Origin: Vibrio cholerae ATCC 14035
GTDB lineage: Bacteria > Pseudomonadota > Gammaproteobacteria > Enterobacterales > Vibrionaceae
Direction of reading: 5' to 3'
Assembly: GCF_000621645.1 (NCBI RefSeq)
Contig: NZ_JHXR01000020.1
Location: 30,001 to 62,000, forward strand
DNA: 32,000 nt
Positions 1-8,962 of this stretch are shown here, one piece after another. How positions within the stretch are numbered: position 1 is the stretch's first letter; each line of letters begins with the position of its first letter. Below the pieces are notes generated by a model. The model did not search any database. It saw only the letters and a program-made list of their open reading frames with translations, and was not told the DNA's origin. The position numbers and the translations under genes were made by a program.

Positions 1-2461
1 AAATACGGATATAAGGCGTTTCTCCGCATCCTGCACAGGCATTCGGGTATTCAAAATAGGGCTCAACGTGCTGCAATGTTTTGACATCAATTCGCTGCTG
101 CTGATAGGCCGACTGCTTCGGCAAGGCTTGGAAATGAGTGAATCTTTGTTGCTCTGACTGATAACTGAGGTTCTTCTCAAACATATTCAATGCCTTACGC
201 TCTGGCTCTTGTCGATCTTTTGCTGGGCAAACCTGAGTGCATAACTGGCAGCCAGTACAGTCATCCGGCGACACTTGCAGTACATAATGCGCATCGGGTT
301 GCTGTCTTGAGCGATAAGGCAGGCTTTTTAACTCACTCAAGGTGGGATGGGTTTCGCTCACAATGCGGGCACGAATCGCCGAATGCGGGCAAATCGCGAC
401 GCAGTAACCGCATTGAGTGCAAAGATCGGTTTCCCAAACCGGCAGCTGTTCAGCAAGATTGCGCTTTTCTAACTGCGAAGTATTGGTAGGCCATACTCCA
501 TCGGCCGGATAAGCCGAGACAGGTAGCGCATCGCCTTTCCCCGCCAGCAGTTGTTCAACCAAGCTCGCGCCCCAAATCTTCGGCTGGCTCTGGATGGCCA
601 TCGTTGTTTCACTTGGGATCGCAAAAGGCATCTCACACACCGACTGGTACGCTTGGTTCAGGCATTGCAGGCTTTGTGTCAGTTGCTGGTCTGAACGGTG
701 TTTGAGCTGTTCGGTTAGACTCGCTTCCAGTGAGGTCAATAACGCCTGTTCGGTATGCTGGCTTAATAATCGAGCCGCCGCGGCTTGCATCACAATACTG
801 GTTTTATTGCCGAGTTGATGGCGCTCAATCAAGCCATCGGCATCGATGGTGGACACTTGAACCGATAAAGCCTGAAGGCGACTTTGCAATGCGGGCGGTA
901 AAGCGGCCCACAGTGCTTGCCCCGTCAGTGCGGTGTTGAGCAACAGATAGCCATTGGCGATCAGCTTGCTGGCAATGTCACGCTCATGGAGAAGTTTCAG
1001 ATTGCTGAGCGAAACCAACCAAGCGTGACGAACCGGATAGGGAGCAGTGATCGGTTGCTGACTGAAACGGATATGTGTCGTGGTGACATTGGCAGATTTT
1101 TTGGAGTCGTATTCAAACTGACCCTGTACATGCCAGTTTTGGCCTAGGGTTTTAATCAGATTTTTTCCCGCACTGACACTCCCATCGCCGCCATAGCCAT
1201 ACATCAGAACACTTTGATAGGGCTTGTCTCTCGTCGCTGAAATCGTTTTCGGTAGAGTAAGTTGGCTTACGTCATCTTCAATACCCACCACAAACTCGTG
1301 CATTTGCTCCTGCTCGGGAGCTTGCATCATGGTGAAAATCGCTTCGACATCTTCTGGGTAAAACGCTTTTCCTGATAACCCATAGCGACCGCGAGAGAGT
1401 CGGATCGAGTTTGCCCTCTGGGAATACAAGGCACTTAAAACGTCAAGATAAAGCGGTTCGCCGTGACTGCCCGGCTCTTTGGTGCGATCCAATACGCTGA
1501 TATGAGTCACCGTGGCTGGAAGCGCATCCCGTAAGGCTTGGCTTGGAAAAGGGCGATATAGTCGGATCTGAATAACGCCAATCCGCTCACCTTGTTGAAC
1601 GCCAGCAAGGACGACTGGTTTGATGGTGTCGACGGAAGATCCCATTGCGACAATCACAGATTGTGCTTGCGGATGACCGATATACTCGACCAACTGGTAG
1701 CGGCGTCCGGTCTGTGTTTCAAAACAGTTCATGATGTTCTGCACCTGTTCAGGCGTACTTTGATGGTATGGTGTTTGAGCCTCGCGACACTGAAAGTAAC
1801 TGTCGGGATCGGCAGTGGCTCCGCGTAGAGTTGGCCGGTCGGGCGTTAAGGCTCGGGCACGAAAATCAACTAACGCTGGCATGGGTAGCAGTGCAGATAA
1901 CGCCTCTTCGGAGAGCGGCTCAATCTGGGTAATGGCGTGTGAGGTGAGGAATCCATCAAAGAAATGCACAAACGGTAAGCGGCATTGTAAAGCACTGAAA
2001 GTGGCAATGGCGGCCAGATCTTGCGCCTCTTGCGCATTACTGGCGCAGAGCATTGCAACGCCCGTTTGGCGGATGGCCATCACGTCCGAATGATCGCAGT
2101 AAATGGATAACGCATGAGTAGCGACAGTCCGAGCCGCCACATGAATGACACAAGGCGTCAGTTCACCAGCAAGCTTGTATAAGCTTGGGATCATGAGCAA
2201 TAAACCTTGCGATGAGGTAAAGGTAGTGGCAAGTGCACCGCTCATGGCGGCGCCATGAACAACCGCAATACTGCCTGCTTCCGACTGCATTTCCACAAGT
2301 TTGGGTACATCACCCAGCAGATTACTCTTTTGCTGGCTTGCCCATTGTTCACAGCTTTCGGCCATGCTGGTGCTCGGTGTAATAGGGTAGACGGCTAGCA
2401 CTTCACTCAGTTGATAAGCAACGCGGGCAACGGCCGTATTTGCGTCAGTAATCCAAGTCAT
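1..2461 (-). CDS. nifJ: Pyruvate:ferredoxin/flavodoxin oxidoreductase (PFOR, NifJ/YdbK type), N-terminal ~820 aa; the 3' end lies beyond the left window edge
   Basis: Absent from the ORF track because the frame runs off the window. Hand translation of the minus strand from ATG at 2461-2459 (SD GAGGTG about 6 nt upstream) gives one uninterrupted frame: MTWITDANTAVARVAYQLSEVLAVYPITPSTSMAE...GELTPCVIHVAARTVATHALSIYCDHSDVMA... It has two ferredoxin-type motifs (CTQCGYCVAICP and CTGCQLCTQVCP), and CAGCGETPY sits at the window edge. The + strand ORFs at 190-2093 are antisense shadows of this gene. Confidence 0.85.
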   Translation of the reverse strand, partial: MTWITDANTAVARVAYQLSEVLAVYPITPSTSMAESCEQWASQQKSNLLGDVPKLVEMQSEAGSIAVVHGAAMSGALATTFTSSQGLLLMIPSLYKLAGELTPCVIHVAARTVATHALSIYCDHSDVMAIRQTGVAMLCASNAQEAQDLAAIATFSALQCRLPFVHFFDGFLTSHAITQIEPLSEEALSALLPMPALVDFRARALTPDRPTLRGATADPDSYFQCREAQTPYHQSTPEQVQNIMNCFETQTGRRYQLVEYIGHPQAQSVIVAMGSSVDTIKPVVLAGVQQGERIGVIQIRLYRPFPSQALRDALPATVTHISVLDRTKEPGSHGEPLYLDVLSALYSQRANSIRLSRGRYGLSGKAFYPEDVEAIFTMMQAPEQEQMHEFVVGIEDDVSQLTLPKTISATRDKPYQSVLMYGYGGDGSVSAGKNLIKTLGQNWHVQGQFEYDSKKSANVTTTHIRFSQQPITAPYPVRHAWLVSLSNLKLLHERDIASKLIANGYLLLNTALTGQALWAALPPALQSRLQALSVQVSTIDADGLIERHQLGNKTSIVMQAAAARLLSQHTEQALLTSLEASLTEQLKHRSDQQLTQSLQCLNQAYQSVCEMPFAIPSETTMAIQSQPKIWGASLVEQLLAGKGDALPVSAYPADGVWPTNTSQLEKRNLAEQLPVWETDLCTQCGYCVAICPHSAIRARIVSETHPTLSELKSLPYRSRQQPDAHYVLQVSPDDCTGCQLCTQVCPAKDRQEPERKALNMFEKNLSYQSEQQRFTHFQALPKQSAYQQQRIDVKTLQHVEPYFEYPNACAGCGETPYIRI

Positions 2462-2563
2462 AATTCACCTCTGTCGGTATCGCAGCGTTTGCGATGGAGG
2501 ATGGAAGATGTATGATCCGGCCACCTAGGTGACGAGATCACGAACTAACAGGATTAAGAAGCA

Positions 2564-4057
2564 GTGGTGACAAGACTTAATGAAGCACACAAAGCGCTGA
2601 TTCTGGTGGCGCTTTACGCCATGGTCACTGTCGTGGGTGTGATGTACCGCAAAGATATGATTGAGACTGATGTGGCTATGCTGTTTTTGCTGCTCAATAT
2701 CTTGAGCGCATCAGTACTCAAACCGCGCAACGCTTACTTGATGATGGGATTAAGCATCATCGATTATCACTACTTTCTGCTACCAGACTATCAATCGTTC
2801 CGATTTGAGAATGCGCAGTACGTGATTACCTATGCGGTGTTAGCTTTTAGTGGGATCTTCGCGGTGAATATAACACAGGCTCAGCGCAAGCAAATAGAGA
2901 AAAATAAGCGCCTGCAGCAGCAACACAAGAAGTACTATGAACTTGCTTGCCATCTTTCTGCACTCAGTACCAGTGAAGACATTGCTCAAGCCACCGTCAA
3001 ATTTTTAAGTAAAGAGAAGGGGATAGTCAGTGCGATCGCGCTATACCAACTGCAGTGGCAATGGGCGGCGCAGCACCCTGATTTCCCCGTTGCAGCAATT
3101 GAACTACCGCAGCCTCTTTCGACTGATAGCACATCAACCTTGGTGCAAGATGAGCAGATCAATGCTTTCACCTTGGTGGATCGTGGGACAACCCTTGGTG
3201 TCATTTATTTCCTACGTTATCCCCATGATCGCTTCGCATCTCCAGAGGCGTTGCGGCGTGAATCTAAAATCGCACCTTGGGTACGCTCTCTTCTGACTCT
3301 TTCTCTAGCAAGGGCTCATGCGCATCGCACCTTGGCCAATGTGGAAGCGGAAAAACAGCTGGAAAGTACGCGCACAACGTTACTCGCGTCTGTCTCGCAC
3401 GATCTAAAAACGCCGCTTGGCGCGATCATTGGCTCTGCTACCACTTTAACCGATCCGAGTCTTCACCTCTCGACGGAAACCCAGCAAGAGCTGCTGACGT
3501 CAATTGCTGAGCAAGGCGAGCGGTTAAATCGCAGTTTGACCAAACTGCTCGATATCACCCGCTATACGGCAACCGCGCTAGTACCTAAGTTAGATTGGGT
3601 TGAACCGGAGGAGTTGATTGGAACGGTGCTCAGTCGCTTAGCACCGCGATTAACCCATCACAAAGTACAGATTGAGAGTCAACCGATGTTGGTTGAGCTT
3701 GATAGCTTACTGATTGAACAGATGTTGATTAACTTAGTGGAAAATGCTGCAAAATATACACCTAGAGGCAGCGAAATTGAGATCGCTTGTGCTTATCAAG
3801 ATCAGCAGTTTACGCTGGCGGTGATGGACAACGGCGCGGGCATCCCCGATGAGGCATTGCCTAGAATTTTCGACCGGTTTTATCGTGTGGAAGGCAATCA
3901 TGCTGATGGAACGGGGCTTGGCTTGGCGATTTGCCAAGTGATTGTTGCGGCTCACCAAGGTTCGATTCGAGTACATAATCGAGAGTCTGGTGGCGCATGT
4001 TTTACGGTGACGATTCCTTGCCGCCAATACAATTTAAAGGAACTGTATGAACAGTGA
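2564..4057 (+). CDS. kdpD: KdpD-family sensor histidine kinase, C-terminal half only (4 TM segments, GAF-like linker, HisKA, HATPase); the N-terminal KdpD/Usp cytoplasmic domains are absent
   Basis: 497-aa ORF with a GTG start. Four hydrophobic segments occupy the first ~110 aa. H-box SHDLKTPLGAIIG, N-box ENAAKYTP, G1 DNGAGIP, G2 GTGLGLAI. The stop overlaps the start of the KdpE-like gene by 11 nt. The symbol is given by family resemblance only. Confidence 0.75.
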   Translation: MVTRLNEAHKALILVALYAMVTVVGVMYRKDMIETDVAMLFLLLNILSASVLKPRNAYLMMGLSIIDYHYFLLPDYQSFRFENAQYVITYAVLAFSGIFAVNITQAQRKQIEKNKRLQQQHKKYYELACHLSALSTSEDIAQATVKFLSKEKGIVSAIALYQLQWQWAAQHPDFPVAAIELPQPLSTDSTSTLVQDEQINAFTLVDRGTTLGVIYFLRYPHDRFASPEALRRESKIAPWVRSLLTLSLARAHAHRTLANVEAEKQLESTRTTLLASVSHDLKTPLGAIIGSATTLTDPSLHLSTETQQELLTSIAEQGERLNRSLTKLLDITRYTATALVPKLDWVEPEELIGTVLSRLAPRLTHHKVQIESQPMLVELDSLLIEQMLINLVENAAKYTPRGSEIEIACAYQDQQFTLAVMDNGAGIPDEALPRIFDRFYRVEGNHADGTGLGLAICQVIVAAHQGSIRVHNRESGGACFTVTIPCRQYNLKELYEQ

Positions 4058-4739
4058 AATTAAGATCCTCATTATTGAAGACGAAGCGCCAATCCAACGG
4101 TTTTTGACTGTGCTTATTTCTGGTTATGAGTATCAAGTGAAAGTGGCCAGCACGGCAGAGCAAGGGCTGCATCTGGTGGCGAATTGGAATCCGCATTTGA
4201 TCCTGTTGGACTTAGGCTTGCCAGATCAAGACGGCATCAGTTTGACGAGAGAGCTGCGAGCATGGACGCAAACCCCAATCATGGTGATTTCTGCCCGAGA
4301 AAAAGAAGCGGATAAAGTGCAAGCTCTGGATGCTGGCGCGAACGACTATTTGACTAAACCCTTTGGCAGTGAAGAGCTGATGGCTCGTATTCGGGTGGCG
4401 CTGCGTTTAGCGCCGAGCACTGAAAGTGTAGAGCAAACTCGTTTTGAATTGGGGGATCTGGTGTTGGATCTTGTGTTAAAGCAAGTCACCAAGGATGGAG
4501 AGCCAGTAAAACTGACCAAAACCGAATACAACATTTTGAAATTGCTAGCAAAAAATATGGGTAAGGTGCTCACACACAAGCAGATCTTAAAAGAAGTGTG
4601 GGGCGGCAATTATGTCGAACATCATCACTATGTGCGCATCCATGTGGCTCAGTTACGCCATAAAGTGGAAGACAATCCCGCGCAACCGCGCTTCATCTTG
4701 ACAGAAAATGGGGTTGGTTACCGTTTAGTGGATAAATAG
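4047..4739 (+). CDS. kdpE: OmpR-family response regulator, KdpE-like (receiver plus winged-helix domain)
   Basis: 230-aa ORF. Receiver motifs ILIIEDE, LILLDLGLPDQDG, ISAR, DDYLTKPF. C-terminal trans_reg_C-like segment LTKTEYNILKLLAKNMGKVLTHKQILKEVWG...GVGYRL. It resembles E. coli KdpE along its length, as I recall that sequence. Confidence 0.85.
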   Translation: MNSEIKILIIEDEAPIQRFLTVLISGYEYQVKVASTAEQGLHLVANWNPHLILLDLGLPDQDGISLTRELRAWTQTPIMVISAREKEADKVQALDAGANDYLTKPFGSEELMARIRVALRLAPSTESVEQTRFELGDLVLDLVLKQVTKDGEPVKLTKTEYNILKLLAKNMGKVLTHKQILKEVWGGNYVEHHHYVRIHVAQLRHKVEDNPAQPRFILTENGVGYRLVDK

Positions 4740-4938
4740 ACATGTAAAATAAAACTATCTTTATAAAATCTATACAGATGTATGCCTGATCCATACAACC
4801 GATTTATACAGGGTTCGCTACACTGCTTCACAGGTTAAGGACAGGTAAGGCGTGAACTTTTAGTGGGATTGTTTACGTGCACTTTGCATGGTCTGAAATC
4901 TACTTGGTAAACACACATTGTAAAAAGCAGAGGACAAC

Positions 4939-5181
4939 ATGGGTGGAATCAGTGTGGGTAAGCTCTTAATCTTGGGGTGTATTGTTGCGCTGATTTTCGG
5001 CACTAAGAAATTGCGAACCATAGGTGAAGATGCGGGTTATGCGATTCGCTCTTTTCAAAAAGCGTTACGCAGTGACGAAGTGACGACTCAGTCATCAACG
5101 ACCGAGGAATCTGTCGACAGCTTCAGCTTCGCTATTGAGCAAGAGCCGTCCCATTCTTCTGATTCTCAGCGCCACTCATAA
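4939..5181 (+). CDS. tatA: Twin-arginine translocase TatA/TatE-family protein, solitary paralog with no tatB/tatC nearby
   Basis: 80-aa ORF with SD AGAGGA upstream. The N-terminus MGGISVGKLLILGCIVALIFGTKKLRTIGEDAGYAIRSFQKAL has the TatA/E pattern: a TM helix, FGxKKL, then an amphipathic helix. Confidence 0.8.
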   Translation: MGGISVGKLLILGCIVALIFGTKKLRTIGEDAGYAIRSFQKALRSDEVTTQSSTTEESVDSFSFAIEQEPSHSSDSQRHS

Positions 5182-5211
5182 TGTTCCCATTCTCAATACC
5201 ATCGCATTTGC

Positions 5212-5236
5212 GGGGCTCTTATGAGCCCCTTTTTTT
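5212..5236 (+). terminator. Rho-independent terminator after the tatA-like gene
   Basis: Hairpin GGGGCTC-ttat-GAGCCCC followed by a run of 7 T. Confidence 0.8.
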
Positions 5237-5396
5237 ATGTTCAAATCGATGAAACGTCTCTCGACGTAAGCGACTAGGAAAAAGTGACGATGACTCACAT
5301 CCTTTAGTTAACCGGATGCTCGCATTTGTCTATGTTGGCGCTTTAATTGGGGAATACTTATAAAGCGGCTCTGCATACCGAGCCGCTTTGAGACTT

Positions 5397-6113
5397 TCAA
5401 TCTTCTACCGTGACTTTCACTTTACGCTCGCGTTTTTTGAGTATGGCGCTGGCGGCAAATGTGAGTAAGGCCAGAATCAGTGTGAAGATCGGTGCGATCA
5501 TCAGTAGCTTGGTCGCAAATTGTTCGAGCTTAGTGGGTAACAGTGAAATACCAAAGCCAGCGCCAACCAAGAATAAAACCCAGCATAGGGCACTAATGGC
5601 TGACGCTGAGAGAAAGCGTAGCGGCTGAACGCTATTACGTAATCCCATCACCATAGGGAGCAAAGAGCGTACTACAGGGAAGAAGCGACCAAAAAATAAA
5701 GCAATTAATCCATAGCGACGCATCAGTTTATCGGTCGTCATTAATTGTTTATCTGGAACTTTCACTAACCAATTGTTAATTATTCGCCAGTGTTTGAGCT
5801 GAGAGCCTTGGTAGAAAGCCACCAGACTACCCAACCAGCCCGCGAGGAATAGGGTAATAAGCACAAAGTGCAGTTGCAATACACCAGTTGCAGCGAGCGA
5901 GCCACTCAGTACGATGACACTATCACAAGGCAGTGGCGCAGCAGGCAAGAAACCACTTTCCAAGAAAATCAGTAGCGCTAGGCAGAAATACAGCAAGAGT
6001 AAATTAACGTTTTGTAGGGCGAAGGCATCGTGATGCCAAAGCGCACTAAAAATAGAGAGTACGGAATCCAAACGGTGATCCTCTTTTATGATGAAGGTAA
6101 AAATGCTCTGCAT
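5397..6113 (-). CDS. DedA/SNARE-associated family inner-membrane protein
   Basis: The ORF track gives 5397..6173 with a GTG start. I prefer the internal ATG at 6113 (MQSIFTF...) on length grounds. The family motif FLESGFLPAAPLPCDSVIVLSG and multiple TM segments are present. Neither candidate start has a convincing SD, so the start is uncertain. Hairpin AGCGGCTC...GAGCCGCT at 5363-5388 lies just downstream of the stop. Confidence 0.8.
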   Translation of the reverse strand: MQSIFTFIIKEDHRLDSVLSIFSALWHHDAFALQNVNLLLLYFCLALLIFLESGFLPAAPLPCDSVIVLSGSLAATGVLQLHFVLITLFLAGWLGSLVAFYQGSQLKHWRIINNWLVKVPDKQLMTTDKLMRRYGLIALFFGRFFPVVRSLLPMVMGLRNSVQPLRFLSASAISALCWVLFLVGAGFGISLLPTKLEQFATKLLMIAPIFTLILALLTFAASAILKKRERKVKVTVED

Positions 6114-6233
6114 GAGTGGTCTTACAAAGAGGGCGTCGTGACAACAGAGCTTATCTCTGGATAGACATGGCACACTAACTCGCGCTACACCTCAGTAGCA
6201 ACAACCCATTGGAATACGAGAAAAGAGGTGTGG

Positions 6234-6614
6234 CTAAGCGTGCGCGTAACGGGAGTAGAGATTGGAAAATAACCATGCTTTACGAGCATGATTGAGTGTC
6301 GTCAACTGGAAGAAACGCTGACTGGGATAAAGAAAATAGTGGCGTAAAGTGAAAGAGAACGTCTCGTTGGCTGCACTGAAATGCGGTGTGAACGTCGAAT
6401 CTTCTCTTTCTTCAGGTTCTGCTCTTAATAATGTGCGGTAATCTTGCTGGCGATTAGGAAGCAGCGCAAATTTGGCTAACCATGTGTGAGCGGTGTGATG
6501 CTGTAGTTGCTTTTCTAAGGTTGGGTCAATAATTCGATGCGCATCACCAGCATGCAGCAAAGGTGCTGCACAGAGCAAAATAAAACTCAACAGTGATGTT
6601 ACTACATGCAACAT
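6234..6614 (-). CDS. Hypothetical small secreted protein (126 aa) with an N-terminal signal peptide
   Basis: SD GAGAGG precedes the ATG. The N-terminus MLHVVTSLLSFILLCAAPLLHAGDA looks like a signal sequence. I recognise no domain. Confidence 0.6.
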   Translation of the reverse strand: MLHVVTSLLSFILLCAAPLLHAGDAHRIIDPTLEKQLQHHTAHTWLAKFALLPNRQQDYRTLLRAEPEEREDSTFTPHFSAANETFSFTLRHYFLYPSQRFFQLTTLNHARKAWLFSNLYSRYAHA

Positions 6615-6746
6615 GACAGGTTAACCTCTCGCAAAGACGCAGCGAGTATGCTGTGTATTGTTTAAGGTGTAAAGGTTAGAGACACATTCCGCAACGATAT
6701 TCGCTGGAAGTTTACTTACCGTTGATGCCCCTATCTTGACGAGTAT

Positions 6747-7544
6747 TTAGTTTGCATTTGCTACCTTAGCGGTTTTGGCAATCCCTTTTGGTAAAGCGAG
6801 GTAGTAACCTTGGTACATATTAATATCCAGTTTTTGCATCGCAGCGAGTTGCTCCGCCGTTTCGATACCTTCTACAACCGTATGTGCGCCCGTTTTTTGC
6901 GCTAGCTGAACACCTGCCAGCAATCCACAGCAATCACCAGCCATAAAATCGAGCAGTAACTGTCTATCCAGTTTGATGATATTGGGGCGCAGCATGGCGA
7001 CCCGCTCTGGGGTTGATGCTTTACAGCCGAAGTCATCAATCGCAATTTGAAACCCATTGGCGACGAGTTTTTCGGTGGCCATTTGCAGCATGCATTCATC
7101 CCCAGACTCAATTTCAACCAACTCCATCACCACGCGATGATGTGGAATATTAAGCTCGGCCAGTCGAGTTGCAAGCAAGGTAGAGCTGATATCACAGTAA
7201 GCAAATTGCTCACCGGCAACGGGTAAGACATTGAGAAATAGTCGGGTATCACGGTAGGGGGAAAGGCTGAAATTACGAATATGAATGGCTCGGCTTAAGC
7301 GCTCCACATTAAGTTTGTCATCATCCGCGAAGGTTTCAGAATGGAAAAACAGATCGGGCCGGATTTGTGTATGATGCTGGGTAAAAATCCTAACCAGTGC
7401 TTCAGCACCCACAACCTGATGTTGCTTATCAAAAATGGGTTGAAAGACACTGCGCAAGGTTAATCCGTTATATCTCGCGTAATACTCGCCGCCTTCATCG
7501 TAATGGATGCAGTCGAGAAATTGTTGTTTATCAGTCAGAACCAT
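6747..7544 (-). CDS. EAL-domain-only c-di-GMP phosphodiesterase
   Basis: All EAL signatures are present: EALVR, LFLNVLP (Asn), MELVEIE (ExxE), IAIDDFG, IIKLDR, VVEGIET, YQGYY. The track start at 7613 adds 23 non-conserved residues. I prefer ATG 7544 (MVLTDKQQF...), but the start is uncertain. Confidence 0.85.
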   Translation of the reverse strand: MVLTDKQQFLDCIHYDEGGEYYARYNGLTLRSVFQPIFDKQHQVVGAEALVRIFTQHHTQIRPDLFFHSETFADDDKLNVERLSRAIHIRNFSLSPYRDTRLFLNVLPVAGEQFAYCDISSTLLATRLAELNIPHHRVVMELVEIESGDECMLQMATEKLVANGFQIAIDDFGCKASTPERVAMLRPNIIKLDRQLLLDFMAGDCCGLLAGVQLAQKTGAHTVVEGIETAEQLAAMQKLDINMYQGYYLALPKGIAKTAKVANAN

Positions 7545-7939
7545 ACAAATTGAGCATCCTTGAACAAAAACAGCGTGATGTTTCCCTGAAGTAAGACTTT
7601 TGACGCACGCCATGTTATTGGCGAAACGTTCATTCTGTCAATCTTGCTGTCACACGATAGCATGAGTCATAAAAATGAATTTTTGAGCTAAATTAAGCTT
7701 TATTCAGTCTCAATCAAAAGTAGGCATTACTTAAGTAACACCTTAAATTACATTATGTTATGGATGGATGACGAGGATCACATAAATATGCAGGTAAAAT
7801 ACATCAAGCTGTCATATTGCGGTGTTCAATAAATCTGATTGTAGAGTGTGCGTAAAAAGGTTTTACAAATATCGACGTAGCTCACTTTTTGTGGCGGGAA
7901 AAAATAGAAATCCGTCTAGATCATTCGTCGAGCAAACGA

Positions 7940-8575
7940 TTAGCTCCACTGTAACACGGCGTAAAGTTGTACATATTTACGAACCAGTTGCTGATTTTTA
8001 GAACGCTTCAGTGGGTGCCCGAATTTGATGAAACAGGGACTTATTTGATAGTAATGTTCCAACGTTTGGGTTAATTGCGAATCACTTTCCTGTAACCCGA
8101 TCCCTTGAGCATGGTATTCCTCCATTTCATCTGGCAGTTGTCCGGTCCACCAATGGAGCAGTTCACGACTTTTTCGACTACGTCCCATCCAGTGATCGCT
8201 CAGTAGCAGCAGTAAATCATTGGGCTGAATCACATAAGCGTATTCTTGTTTCCACTGGCTAATGTCGCGCATTAACTTGACTCGGCAAGCTTTACCCGCA
8301 CTCATCAGATGATGAGTCAAAATCCATACCGTACCCGCGTCACTGGATACTCTGAAATGATGAGGTAAATCGCGTTGATAGGTCGACTCGATGGGGGCGT
8401 ATTCGCAAGGATGACCAAATTCACTCAACGTTCTGGCAAGGCGTCTTGCAAAAGCTAACCCTAAATGGTGTTCACTCATTCCTTGATTATGAATGGTTGG
8501 ATAATGCTTCTCACATAATCTGAGGCAGTCCACCTGAAACTCATTGACACTTTGCGTGACGATATCCAGTAGCAA
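7940..8575 (-). CDS. Hypothetical protein, 211 aa, no recognisable domain
   Basis: Long ORF with a TTG start preceded by AGGGAGAA. It has no TM segment and no signal peptide. It is flanked by 326-bp and 387-bp AT-rich non-coding spacers. Confidence 0.6.
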   Translation of the reverse strand: MLLDIVTQSVNEFQVDCLRLCEKHYPTIHNQGMSEHHLGLAFARRLARTLSEFGHPCEYAPIESTYQRDLPHHFRVSSDAGTVWILTHHLMSAGKACRVKLMRDISQWKQEYAYVIQPNDLLLLLSDHWMGRSRKSRELLHWWTGQLPDEMEEYHAQGIGLQESDSQLTQTLEHYYQISPCFIKFGHPLKRSKNQQLVRKYVQLYAVLQWS

Positions 8576-8962
8576 GATGTTGTTCTCCCTTACAAAAGCT
8601 AAACAAGATTATCACAGTTACACTTTGTCACTAGCAGGAAACGGTGACTTCTTGATCTCTAGCGCTTTTCTGGTGGGTAAATGTTAGTCCGCTTGGTACT
8701 GTTCGATGAATTACCAAATTCACGTTTTGTTACAACTCAGTCATGAACCTTCTTTACTGATATGACTCTTTCAAGGTGCGTGAAAAGCCATAAATGGCGA
8801 GTGTTGTCTATACTCTGTCAAAGTTCGTTCTAATTTTTTGATGTACTTCTTCAGATGGATTGACTAGGCGCAACGTAAAAATTGGTAAATACTCTTTCGA
8901 GAATAATTGTTAACCAATAAGCTACAACCCTGTAACTGAAACACGATAAGAGCAATGACGTA

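Noticed and set aside
190-2093. Several 60-99-aa + strand ORFs in the supplied track (190-489, 594-818, 730-939, 917-1147, 1592-1828, 1815-2093)
   Set aside because: All lie antisense to one long uninterrupted minus-strand frame encoding PFOR. They have no SD sequences and low-complexity, Arg/Cys/Ser-rich translations typical of shadow ORFs.
8896-8962. Possible Fur box (GAGAATAATTGTTAACCAATAAG) upstream of cytochrome b561/yceI
   Set aside because: Few positions match when it is aligned by eye to the GATAATGATAATCATTATC consensus, and AT-richness alone explains the resemblance.
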